Source: an uncultured Hyphomicrobiales bacterium (GTDB taxonomy: Bacteria > Bacteroidota > Ignavibacteria > Kapaibacteriales > UBA2268). Taken from it: a stretch of DNA of 64,000 bases. The DNA lies in assembly GCA_964413155.1 (NCBI GenBank), contig CAYPRT010000002.1:170701-234700 (forward strand), in the 5' to 3' direction. The notes under the pieces are model-generated. The model worked only from the letters and a program-made list of their open reading frames with translations, searched no databases and was not told where the DNA came from. Made by a program: the position numbers and the translations under genes. Below, in pieces: positions 40,201 to 48,794 of the stretch. Positions within the stretch are counted from its first letter, which is position 1, and each line of letters opens with the position of its first letter.

Positions 40201-40751
40201 ATGATCGAAAGCAAAATGTATTTCAAGTAGGCACCTATTTCCCTAATGGAGGAGCATTGACTGAGGCAGTTGTAACAAAAATGGATAAATCCGACTTGAG
40301 CCAAGCTGTTGCAAACATTCCTTTGCAAACTATGACGGGGTTAATTAACGCTCGGGGAATCGAATTCGACCCAAGAGATAAAAATCTTTGGATTACCACC
40401 TATGATGGCAGCATTTATAAAATCGCTGGTTTTGATTTAGTTGTTAGCGTCAACGAAGGAGTTTCCCCCCAAAATCATTCTAACTCTTTTGAATTCAAAG
40501 CATATCCAAACCCGACTCCCTCGAATATCATCTTTTCAATAAAATCATTTATTGATCTTGAAAATGTTTCCCTTCAAATTCAAAATTCGCTTGGATACAA
40601 AATTGAAGAGTTTCCTTTTAACAATCTTCACCAAAACGAAACAAGGGTAATTGTGTTTGACGCTAAAGATCTAAATTCTGGTATATATTTTGTTGTAATT
40701 ACTACTGGCAACAAAAAAATTGTTTTTGATAAAATTTTGATAATTAAGTAG
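37293..40751 (+). CDS. T9SS-secreted protein: BNR/VPS10-like propeller, Ig-like domain, second propeller and CTD
   Basis: Many S/TxDxGxxW Asp-boxes, 'HVDQH', 'GGTQDNG', 'THGRGIW', 'ITSPSGGE'; C-terminal 'AYPNP...LNSGIYFVVI'. Confidence 0.85.
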   Translation: MKKLLLFFGILIGTSLLTFSKERFEYDDPARRAEEFNKQRAYPFEKIPDFARQKAFEQAELLYQKLSPNLLLAEQPEWKPIGPFDIGGRIKSIVFHPTKKGLVYAAAAAGGIWRSTNFGNFWEPIFDHENGIAFGALAIDLNNPNILYAGTGESVIGGGTIYLGNGIYKTTDGGNTWKLLGLAEVGAFSRIYVHPKNSNIVVAGATIRMPGFYISTDAGQSWARMIDKNVTDVSLNPENPTEYLIAINGEGVYYTSDMGKNWEKRSKNFEQPFGRISVKFAPSDPNIAYALLDVNSSGLIYRTTNKGLDWILVFRGDQTFFRGQGFYDNFIEVHPTNPNLVLAGGIDVFRTSDGKTWTNVTNGYSGGNVHVDQHCAAFNPIDPNIVMLGNDGGIYFSSDAGINWVVRNNNLQVTQFYGFDIDNTQPNINYGGTQDNGTIGNDADTNWNFIAGGDGFRTVVDYGNPNIVYGQSTPGGVIKPFTLNIKTGAFTYLDNGIDLSDAVWDPPLIIDPQINTILYYGRTKLYASYNGGSNWELLRTPISNGRFTSIDVSSLNSEHIMAGTSGGDLIITTDGGEKWANLSGNGLVNRWVTDIAFSNQTEGKAYVTFSGFYTPHIFKTTNFGQTWINISRSFPDIPVNTIALHPFNDEIIFAGTDIGVFASYDGGANWFPFGKKLPKSPVTDMKFCKYSLTSQSIPLRVATHGRGIWEAQVPIDVISSFEITSPSGGEIFVSSTQTLISWYGFAPPVRVEFSADDGQSWRPIAENVVSSPLLWTLPNIETDFARVRITSLSNPEQTKVSYTFSISLIEKGSILKATSVNFTPYGIAYDGKEGLWVTSFNSNQLVKLNANTFEREKSVTIPGDSLFTDIAYDRDNDIIYIHRMNSTSGNGGNIIIVDTNGKLIRQFPSPANVYPIGLEVFDGKILVGDRDKKDQFGKQLLMVVDPNSGTVEATYPNPYSKTYGPRGLAYDRKQNVFQVGTYFPNGGALTEAVVTKMDKSDLSQAVANIPLQTMTGLINARGIEFDPRDKNLWITTYDGSIYKIAGFDLVVSVNEGVSPQNHSNSFEFKAYPNPTPSNIIFSIKSFIDLENVSLQIQNSLGYKIEEFPFNNLHQNETRVIVFDAKDLNSGIYFVVITTGNKKIVFDKILIIK

Positions 40752-40753
40752 AA

Positions 40754-41542
40754 ATGTTTAAGAAAATTATCAAAGAAGACGAATCGAGCCGAACAAGTCC
40801 CGATAGATATTTAATTACTTATGCAGACCTTGTTACATTACTTCTAGGTTTATTTGTTATTCTTTATGTCAGTTCCCGAGTGGACGAAGAAAGATATAAG
40901 GAATTCGCCAAAGCCTTCGCCGATTATTTTAAGCCACAAAAAGGCGAGGAATATCATGGCACTGGGTTAAGTCCTTTTCAGGGAGTTCGAAAAGGGATAC
41001 CAGAACCAGTGTTGATATTTCCGGATCGTCGAAGCCTACAGGAAATTCAATCCGATGTTGAAAAGTCCTTGGAAAAATATATCAAACAGGGTGAAATTTC
41101 GGTAGTTACACGAGGACAAAATGTAATTATTACTTTGCCGGAAAAATTACTATTTAAATCAGGTAAAGCCGAAATTGAACCCGAAGGAATTTCGATACTT
41201 GATAAATTAAGCGGTTCTCTTCGTGGTTTAGCACAAGACCAAGAAGTTGCAATTGATGGACATACTGATAGTGACCCTATTAGGAACTTTCGATATCCTT
41301 CCAACTGGCATCTTTCCGTAGCTCGTGCAGTTAATGTGGCATATTTCTTAATTGAAAAAGGAGTTCCGGAATATTCTATTGTTGTCCGAGGTTTTGCCGA
41401 CCAACGTCCAATTGCCGATAATTCAACCCCTGAAAACAAGGCTCGCAATCGTCGTGTTGAAATCACCATTTCCGAGCTTAAACCTAATATCCCAGCAACC
41501 AAAGGTTATAACTCATCAGAAAATGAAACTAAAAAGAAATAA
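40754..41542 (+). CDS. motB: MotB family stator protein (TM/plug plus OmpA-like PG-binding domain)
   Basis: 'YLITYADLVTLLLGLFVILY' (conserved Asp), 'LLFKSGKAEI', 'IDGHTD', 'SNWHLSVARA', 'NRRVEI'. Confidence 0.8.
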   Translation: MFKKIIKEDESSRTSPDRYLITYADLVTLLLGLFVILYVSSRVDEERYKEFAKAFADYFKPQKGEEYHGTGLSPFQGVRKGIPEPVLIFPDRRSLQEIQSDVEKSLEKYIKQGEISVVTRGQNVIITLPEKLLFKSGKAEIEPEGISILDKLSGSLRGLAQDQEVAIDGHTDSDPIRNFRYPSNWHLSVARAVNVAYFLIEKGVPEYSIVVRGFADQRPIADNSTPENKARNRRVEITISELKPNIPATKGYNSSENETKKK

Positions 41543-42284
41543 ATCTTATTTTTTTCTGTTATTATTTGCATTATTATCGCTTTTAAGTTCTAAAGGTAAT
41601 ACGACTGAACCTATAGAAATTGTCGAATTGCCAACCGCTGGAATTCTACCTAAAGGGACTTTTGTAATTCAATCGAACTTCTTTTCCAACGGAGGAATGA
41701 GAATTGGATTTCTTCTTTCTCCCTTTTCTAATTTTATGCTGGGAATCTCCTATAGCGGTACAAATATCATTGGCTCTGGCGAAGTAATTTTTCAACACCT
41801 TCCGGGTGTTCAAATAGGATTTCGTTTCTTAGACGAACGAATAAACTTCCCAGCTCTATCGATTGGTTTATCTACACAAGGTTTTGGTTATTACAAGAAA
41901 GACGTAGAAAGATTTCAGACTTATTCTCCAGGTTTTTACCTTGTTGCAAGTAAAGGTTTTAAAAATTTGCTAGGAATCTTTGATATTTCACTTGGAATCA
42001 ACTATTCTCTCGAACCAAAACCAAGTCGACGGGGGATTAACTTATATGGTGGTTTCTCTCAATTCATATTAAGATATCTAAAATTGAATCTTGAATACAA
42101 TTCGAACCTTGACGAAACAACCAATGATGTTATGACACGAAAAGGTTTATTGAATTTTTCAACAGTTTTTATGTTAAATCCAAATGTTAAGATTGGATTG
42201 ATTTTAAAAGACCTTTTAGGTAATCTTCGTTCAAGCAGTGCAATCGAAAGAAATATTGTTATACAATATTCAGGCGAGTTTTAA
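41523..42284 (+). CDS. Putative outer-membrane beta-barrel (YjbH-like)
   Basis: Signal peptide; 'LPTAGILPKG'; alternating beta-strand pattern; C-terminal Phe. Confidence 0.6.
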   Translation: MKLKRNKSYFFLLLFALLSLLSSKGNTTEPIEIVELPTAGILPKGTFVIQSNFFSNGGMRIGFLLSPFSNFMLGISYSGTNIIGSGEVIFQHLPGVQIGFRFLDERINFPALSIGLSTQGFGYYKKDVERFQTYSPGFYLVASKGFKNLLGIFDISLGINYSLEPKPSRRGINLYGGFSQFILRYLKLNLEYNSNLDETTNDVMTRKGLLNFSTVFMLNPNVKIGLILKDLLGNLRSSSAIERNIVIQYSGEF

Positions 42285-42296
42285 TCAAGTAACTAA

Positions 42297-43121
42297 TTAA
42301 GTTGTATTTTTTGATTTATTTTTAAATATACCTCTAAAAATAAAAAATCCACCAGCAATAATAAATGGGATACTTAATATTTGACCCATACTCAAAGGTA
42401 AAAACTTTTCGAAATCGGCTTGGGGTGCTTTTGTAAATTCAATAAAGAAACGGGAAACAAAAACCATTAAAAAGAACAGCCCAAATGGAACACCTTCGTT
42501 CTGCAAAATGTTTTTCTTATAAAAAATAAACAATAAAACAAATATAATCAGATATGCAAAAGCTTCGTAAAGCTGGGAAGGATGTACTGGCGGAGTCAAA
42601 CCAATTACTTCTCGTCCATGATAAATATTAAAAACAATTGCCCAAGGAACATCTGTTGGCTTACCAATTATCTCGTGATTAAAAAAGTTTCCTATTCGTA
42701 TAAACGTGGCAGCCAGTGCTGTTGGAATAACAATTCTATCGAGCAACCAAATCATTTTGATTTTAGGATGTTTCCAAACATAAAGCCAAAGTGCAATCAA
42801 TACCCCTAATGCACCGCCATGACTTGCCAAACCACCATGCCAAACCATTAATATTTCTTCTGGATTTTTAAGATAATATTCCGGCTCGTAAAAAAGACAA
42901 TGCCCAAGCCGAGCCCCAACTACCGTTCCAATGATAACATAAAAAACTAGACTTTCCAAATCTTTTGGGTTTCGGTTTTCCCGTTTGAAGATATAATTCA
43001 TTATCTGATAGCCAATAATAAATCCAAGAGCAAAAAGAACTCCATACCAACGAATCGCAAACCCACCTATCCTTAAGATTTCAGGGTTTCCGTTCCAATG
43101 AAAAAATGAACTGGGATCCAT
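42297..43121 (-). CDS. lgt: Prolipoprotein diacylglyceryl transferase
   Basis: 'IRWYG', 'GARLGHCLFY', 'GGLASHGG', 'RIGNFFNHE', 'HPSQLYE', 'RFFIEF'. Confidence 0.97.
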   Translation of the reverse strand: MDPSSFFHWNGNPEILRIGGFAIRWYGVLFALGFIIGYQIMNYIFKRENRNPKDLESLVFYVIIGTVVGARLGHCLFYEPEYYLKNPEEILMVWHGGLASHGGALGVLIALWLYVWKHPKIKMIWLLDRIVIPTALAATFIRIGNFFNHEIIGKPTDVPWAIVFNIYHGREVIGLTPPVHPSQLYEAFAYLIIFVLLFIFYKKNILQNEGVPFGLFFLMVFVSRFFIEFTKAPQADFEKFLPLSMGQILSIPFIIAGGFFIFRGIFKNKSKNTT

Positions 43122-43126
43122 ATTAG

Positions 43127-44017
43127 TTACTCACTTTTTTTACATTTTGGAGGTTCATCGATTACATTTGCAGCCCAAAGCAGTTTTTTACGAAGTAAAT
43201 CATAATAGGTACTGTTCACAGGTTTAACAAGTTTGACAACATATTCGGACTTTTTAATGTGAATAGTTTCATTGTTCAAAATCTTTACAGTTGTCCGTCC
43301 ATCGGCAACGAAATTAGCTTCACCAGTTGGAGAAAGTGCAATTAAATCAATTTCATTTGTATCTGGAAGAACCAAAGGTCTATATGTTAGAGAATGTGGA
43401 GCAATCGGAGTTAAACAAATAACTTTAGTCGATGGAGAAAGAATTGGACCACCGCAAGAAAGAGAATAAGCAGTCGAACCAGTTGGAGTTGTAACAATCA
43501 AACCATCACCACGATAATCACCTATGTAGTGGTCGTTCGTATACGCCGATACTGTGATCATTCGCGAAGAGCCCCTCTTTTCGATTACAAAATCGTTTAA
43601 AGAGTAGTAGATATTTCCTTTAACATTGGCTTCAAGCACACTTCTTTCAACAACACGGAAATTACCTTCTACAAGGTCAATTAATGCTTTATCCAAATCG
43701 GATATTGAATATTCAGCAAGAAACCCAAGTTTGCCAACATTTACACCCATTATAGGAATGTTAGATTTAATTAAAAGGTTTGCAGCGGACAGCATAGTGC
43801 CATCGCCACCAAAAGAAATCAGGACATCAATGTATCGTTCGAGTTCATTTTCTGTGATTTCGGAAAAATTTTTTGCCAGTTCAGGTTCAATTTTTTCTAA
43901 GAATTCTTTTTTTGCAAAACATTGAACACCCATTTTAATCAATTTCCGAGCTGCGTGTATCGCACACTCAATTGCTTGAGATTTCGATGTGTTTTCATAA
44001 ATACCAATCTTTTTCAT
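43127..44017 (-). CDS. nadK: NAD kinase
   Basis: 'GGDGTML', 'GKLGFL', 'NDFVI', 'GDGLIVTTPTGSTAYSLSCGGP'. The real start is ATG 44017; the ORF-track extension runs through the tRNA and terminator. Confidence 0.96.
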   Translation of the reverse strand: MKKIGIYENTSKSQAIECAIHAARKLIKMGVQCFAKKEFLEKIEPELAKNFSEITENELERYIDVLISFGGDGTMLSAANLLIKSNIPIMGVNVGKLGFLAEYSISDLDKALIDLVEGNFRVVERSVLEANVKGNIYYSLNDFVIEKRGSSRMITVSAYTNDHYIGDYRGDGLIVTTPTGSTAYSLSCGGPILSPSTKVICLTPIAPHSLTYRPLVLPDTNEIDLIALSPTGEANFVADGRTTVKILNNETIHIKKSEYVVKLVKPVNSTYYDLLRKKLLWAANVIDEPPKCKKSE

Positions 44018-44062
44018 AAAAAAATTAATAAAATGAAAACAAAAATAAGAAAATAATAAAAT

Positions 44063-44101
44063 AAAAAAAAGCCTTGCCATCGGGGGGAGAGATAGCAAGG
44101 C
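44063..44101 (-). terminator. Intrinsic terminator after tRNA-Gly
   Basis: Minus strand GCCTTGCTATC-loop-GATGGCAAGGC followed by T8. Confidence 0.8.
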
Positions 44102-44141
44102 ATGCAGCATAACGAGGAAGTAGCGGTTGGGGAATCCGCCG

Positions 44142-44214
<73 letters not shown>

Positions 44215-44288
44215 TTGTCAAAGAAACTTATTATGGGGTTACAAAATTACAAACTTATTTTGAATTTTCCAAATTTTTTTCTAACCCC

Positions 44289-44915
44289 TCAAAACCTTTT
44301 TTCAAAGACCTCAATACATTTCATCTTCACGTAAGAAATATCAATTTCTATGCCAAGTTCTTTTGAAATCGATGTTACTTCCTTATCTTTTATTCCGCAA
44401 GGAACAATATAATTGAACTCCACCAAATTGTTGCAAACATTCAATGCAAAACCATGAAAAGTCACCCACCGAGAACAATGCAACCCAATCGCACAAATCT
44501 TCCTTTTCCCTCCAATCCATACTCCAGTCAATCCATTAATTCTTTCTCCAATGATATTAAACGACCCAAGCAATTCAATTATTGCATTTTCTATTTCCCT
44601 AAGAAACCAATGTAAATCTGTTCGATAATCATATAGATTGAAAATTGGATAACCAACGAGTTGCCCTGGATTGTGCAAAGTTACATCGCCACCCCTCTCA
44701 ATGTAAGCAATCTTTATTCCTTTGGACTCAAGAAATTTAGTAGGTAAAAGAATATTTTCGCTTTTGCCTGCTCTTCCAACTGTGATAACTGTTGGATGTT
44801 CACATACTACAAAAATATTACGATTTCTAAATTGAGCAATTTCTTTGGCTAATTGTTTTTGTCTTTCCCAGGCTTCGAAATAATCTATTAAACCCCAATC
44901 TTGAATTTCTAACAT
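44289..44915 (-). CDS. lipB: Lipoyl(octanoyl) transferase
   Basis: 'CEHPTVITVGR', 'ERGGDVTLHNPGQLVGYPI', 'KICAIG', 'HGFALN', 'IVPCG'. Confidence 0.96.
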   Translation of the reverse strand: MLEIQDWGLIDYFEAWERQKQLAKEIAQFRNRNIFVVCEHPTVITVGRAGKSENILLPTKFLESKGIKIAYIERGGDVTLHNPGQLVGYPIFNLYDYRTDLHWFLREIENAIIELLGSFNIIGERINGLTGVWIGGKRKICAIGLHCSRWVTFHGFALNVCNNLVEFNYIVPCGIKDKEVTSISKELGIEIDISYVKMKCIEVFEKRF

Positions 44916-44928
44916 AAAATAAAAAATA

Positions 44929-46584
44929 TTAAAACTCTTTCCTTAATCGAGCAATAGGTATCTTCATCTGTTCGCGGTATTTGGCAACAGTTCTTCGGGC
45001 AACATTAAAACCACGCTTTTTTAACTCCTCAACTATTTTTTCATCGCTGTATGGTTGGTCTTTCGGTTCACTATCAATTATCTCTTTAATAATCTGTTTG
45101 ATTACTTTTGTAGAAACTTCTTCACCATCGTCTGTTGGTAACGATTCGCTAAAGAAATATTTCAATTCAAATGTTCCAAAATCGGTTTGAACAAATTTAT
45201 TGTTGACAATTCTGCAAACAGTTGCAACATCCAAACCAGTATCCTCGCTTATATCTTTGTAAATCATTGGTTTTAGAGCCGAAGGACCATATACAAAGAA
45301 ATTCTTCTGTCTTTCGGCTATAGCAGTCATAACTTTAAGCATTGTTGCTCTTCTTTGCGAAAGTGCTTGAATCAAAAACTTGGCATCATCATATTTCGCT
45401 TTCAACCAAGCGGTCGCTTCTTTTTCCTTTCTTTTTGCTGCTTCCCGACGCATCTCCTCATATGTTTTACTGATTCGAAGTGCTGGAATAGTGCTCTCGT
45501 TTAAAATAACAACAAATTCACCAGTTTCTTGATCCTTTTCTACAATAAAATCTGGAATTATTGAATTCAATTCAGGTTCGGTATCATCTATCCCGGGCTT
45601 GGGATTCAACTTTTTAATGAAATCAAGAGCGAGTTTAATATCTTCGGTTGTCATATTTAATTGTTTTTGTATGTTTTGAAAATGTTTTTTTGTCAGAAGC
45701 TCATATGCCTCGGTCAAAATTCTCAAAGCTTCGTGCTTCCCAGGTGTAGCATCGGGATAAGCGCGAGTTTGAGCTATCAAACATTCCCGCAAATCCCTGG
45801 AGGCAACTCCGGGCGGGTCAAGTTCTTGAATGATTTTCAAAATTCTTTCGGCGTCTTCGATTGAAACTGGATTTAGCAATTCTTTAGAACCACTTGTTGC
45901 ATTTTCTGAACTACCAAGAAGTTGCTCAACACGAACTTTCGATTCAGGATCAATTGTAAATTGGTTCGCTGGGTTATCTGAGTTTATTATTTGTATCTTA
46001 GCCATTTCTGCCTCTAAATTCTTTTCCAAAATATATTCATTGGTGTCGTCAACAATTTGCTCCAAAGGGGTTCTTAAATATCCATCCGACTCAACATTCC
46101 AAAGAATATGTTCACCAAGAATGAGTTCTTCTTCTTTCAAGGGTAAAAGTCGAAGTTGTTGAATCATTTGTTCGATAAATGAAACTTTTTGGCGTACAGG
46201 GAAAGGTTCACTTTCTTCATCGTCATAATTGTCAAAATTAATTAGGCGAGCTGCAAGTTCATCTCCTTCCCAAATTTTACGGTAAAATTCAAATGGGTCT
46301 TTTGGATCATCAATTTTTCTTGGTAAAGGTTCATAGGAAAGTTCTTCGTTCGGCGAAAAATTTGTATCAGAATATTCTTCTACCAAGTCACCTTCATTTT
46401 CAAAGGATTCATCATCAATTGGCTCTCCATTTTCGACTGTTTCAAGTAAAGGATTTTCGGAAATTTCCTCTTCAATTTTTTGCTCCAATTGTTGTAAGGG
46501 CATCTGCAAAAGTTTCAAGTACTGAATCTGTTGTGGGGTCAAAGTTTGGGTTAAACTTACTGTAGTAGTTAAAGTCGGTTTCAT
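44929..46584 (-). CDS. rpoN: RNA polymerase sigma-54 factor
   Basis: Gln/Leu-rich region I, 'DPPGVASRDLRECL', 'LKPMIYKDIS', RpoN box 'ARRTVAKYRE'. Confidence 0.97.
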   Translation of the reverse strand: MKPTLTTTVSLTQTLTPQQIQYLKLLQMPLQQLEQKIEEEISENPLLETVENGEPIDDESFENEGDLVEEYSDTNFSPNEELSYEPLPRKIDDPKDPFEFYRKIWEGDELAARLINFDNYDDEESEPFPVRQKVSFIEQMIQQLRLLPLKEEELILGEHILWNVESDGYLRTPLEQIVDDTNEYILEKNLEAEMAKIQIINSDNPANQFTIDPESKVRVEQLLGSSENATSGSKELLNPVSIEDAERILKIIQELDPPGVASRDLRECLIAQTRAYPDATPGKHEALRILTEAYELLTKKHFQNIQKQLNMTTEDIKLALDFIKKLNPKPGIDDTEPELNSIIPDFIVEKDQETGEFVVILNESTIPALRISKTYEEMRREAAKRKEKEATAWLKAKYDDAKFLIQALSQRRATMLKVMTAIAERQKNFFVYGPSALKPMIYKDISEDTGLDVATVCRIVNNKFVQTDFGTFELKYFFSESLPTDDGEEVSTKVIKQIIKEIIDSEPKDQPYSDEKIVEELKKRGFNVARRTVAKYREQMKIPIARLRKEF

Positions 46585-47177
46585 TTTCCACCTCCTGAAT
46601 CATCAATCGTTTCAATTGATGGGGAAGAACTTTCAGAATTAATAAGATTGTTATACCATCTTTGCCCGAACCTTCGAATTAAGGCATCTTTAAGTGAAAC
46701 AAGAAGAGGAGTAGAAGTCATCAATCCATTTTCGATGGCTGATTTGCATTCAGGAATTTTCACATATATTATTTCAGTAAAGAAATATGAGTATTCACGC
46801 AGAGGAAAAAGGTGACAAGAAATAGGCTTTCTAAATTGTATTTTATTTTCAAAGAAAGCTCTTTCGAAAGCACAACGCCCAACTCCGTTTTCGAAAAATA
46901 AAAAAACACACTCTTTATTATTAACAACGTTTGTATAAAAATTCCCCTTATCTTTTAAGAACCACCCTTTTGATTGAATAACTTTTCGAGAGGTTTCTGG
47001 CAGCATTTCCCAAATCTTTGGAATTGATTTTTCGATAGGTTCCAATTCGCTTTGTTTCAATGGAGCTCCTAAGCTCCCTTCAATAAAGCAGCAAGCTCCC
47101 TTGCAAATTTCAACATCACATCTGAAAGGAGACCTTAACTCATTAATGTTATAAATAACTCCCTCTAATAAAGACAT
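46581..47177 (-). CDS. DUF3109 family Cys-rich protein
   Basis: 'FRCDVEICKGACCFIEG', 'ECVF', 'CAFE', 'KPISCHLFP', 'C'. ATG 47177 preferred because a TATTTTTG element overlaps the GTG at 47207. Confidence 0.85.
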   Translation of the reverse strand: MSLLEGVIYNINELRSPFRCDVEICKGACCFIEGSLGAPLKQSELEPIEKSIPKIWEMLPETSRKVIQSKGWFLKDKGNFYTNVVNNKECVFLFFENGVGRCAFERAFFENKIQFRKPISCHLFPLREYSYFFTEIIYVKIPECKSAIENGLMTSTPLLVSLKDALIRRFGQRWYNNLINSESSSPSIETIDDSGGGK

Positions 47178-47346
47178 ATGCCACAAGTATTCAATAATTA
47201 CATTCACAAAAATAATAAAACAAAAAAATACTACACAAAATTGGTATAAAAATTGTTACTATTTTTTCTTCCCCCTTTACATTCCTCTCGATTTGAACTT
47301 TAACTTTTTTTTGTTAATTTACTTTTTTATATAATTTAAAATAGAA

Positions 47347-48531
47347 ATGGAAACAACCGATGGTATGAAAATTGGAACAAAATGTGTCCACTCCGGTATT
47401 AAAGAATATGAATTTGGACCTGTAGTTCCTCCTATTTACCAAACTTCAACATTTAAATTTAAAGATGCTGACCATGGAGCTCGATTATTCAAAGGCGAAG
47501 AAACTGGGTACATCTACACACGAATGGGTAATCCAACCATCGAAGCAATGGAAGATGCAATCGCAGAACTCGAACAGGGTGCCAAAGCAATTGGTTGTGC
47601 AAGTGGAATGGCTGCAGTAAACCTTGTATTTATTGCATTGGTTTCCAAAGGCGACCATATCATTTGTGGAAATTCTGTTTATGGTCCAACCACTTCTTAC
47701 TTGACACAAATTCTTGCAAATTTTGGGGTCGAAACAACATTCGTAGACACTTCCAACTTAAACGAAGTCGAATCTGCATTTAAAAAAAATACTAAAATCG
47801 TTTATTTCGAAACACCAGGCAATCCAACACTTAGTGTATCTGATATTCAAAAAATATCTGAAATTGCACATTCATTTGGTGCAAAAGTTGTTGTCGACAA
47901 TACTTTTCTTAGCCCTGTTTTGCAGCAACCACTCCTTTTTGGTGCCGATATTGTTCTTCATAGTATGACAAAATTCTTAAACGGTCACGCGGACGTTGTT
48001 GCTGGTATTGTTGTGTTGAAAAACGGAGAAGACTACAAGCACTTTCGTAAGATATCGAATCTGGTTGGTGGTGTCATCGACCCATTTAATGCTTTTCTTG
48101 TCCACCGAGGAATTAAAACACTTGAAATTCGAATGAAAAAGCACTGTGAAAATGCGTTAAGAATTGCCCAATTTCTTGAAAGCCATCCCAAAGTCGCAAA
48201 AGTTTGGTATCCGTTCCTACCTTCTCATCCACAATACGAATTGTCCAGGAAACAATCAAAAGGGGGTGGAGGAGTAATTTCATTTGAATTAAAAGGCGGG
48301 ATTGAGGCCGGAAAAAGAGTTATGGACAATGTCAAAATATGGCAACTTGCCGTAAGCCTTGGCGGCGTTGAATCTTTAATTCAACACCCAGCAAGCATGA
48401 CACACGCAAGTATGAGTAAAGATTTACGCTTACAAGCAGGAATAACCGATGGTTTAGTTCGTCTTTCAGTTGGAATAGAAGATGTTGAAGACTTGATCCG
48501 TGGTTTGGAGCAAGGCTTGAAATTTGCATAA
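47347..48531 (+). CDS. Cys/Met metabolism PLP enzyme, methionine gamma-lyase-like
   Basis: 'PPIYQTSTF', 'YIYTRMGNPT', 'ASGMAA', 'ETPGNPTL', 'HSMTKFLNGHAD', 'AVSLGGVESLIQHPASMTH'. Confidence 0.9.
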   Translation: METTDGMKIGTKCVHSGIKEYEFGPVVPPIYQTSTFKFKDADHGARLFKGEETGYIYTRMGNPTIEAMEDAIAELEQGAKAIGCASGMAAVNLVFIALVSKGDHIICGNSVYGPTTSYLTQILANFGVETTFVDTSNLNEVESAFKKNTKIVYFETPGNPTLSVSDIQKISEIAHSFGAKVVVDNTFLSPVLQQPLLFGADIVLHSMTKFLNGHADVVAGIVVLKNGEDYKHFRKISNLVGGVIDPFNAFLVHRGIKTLEIRMKKHCENALRIAQFLESHPKVAKVWYPFLPSHPQYELSRKQSKGGGGVISFELKGGIEAGKRVMDNVKIWQLAVSLGGVESLIQHPASMTHASMSKDLRLQAGITDGLVRLSVGIEDVEDLIRGLEQGLKFA

Positions 48532-48542
48532 ATTAATTTTGT

Positions 48543-48794
48543 ATGAAGAAAATAAAACCCAAAAGGATTTTTGAAGAACTCGCCGAATTGGGTCTTTTGG
48601 ACGATTTACTACAATACCATTGGCGTAACTTCTATGAGCAAAATGAAAAATTCCGCGAAGATATTAACGAGATACTGCTAAATTTTGCCCCAAGCGAAGT
48701 TACTATTCTTGAAAAATATTTTCTTGAAGAACTCTGCCATAGTTTACAATTTTTCATCGATTATACAAAAGTATGGACGAGTCGAAAGCAATAA
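48543..48794 (+). CDS. Small hypothetical helical protein (83 aa)
   Basis: Fills the gap between two + strand genes with an ATG start and composition like the neighbouring genes; overlaps the next gene by 22 nt. Confidence 0.7.
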   Translation: MKKIKPKRIFEELAELGLLDDLLQYHWRNFYEQNEKFREDINEILLNFAPSEVTILEKYFLEELCHSLQFFIDYTKVWTSRKQ

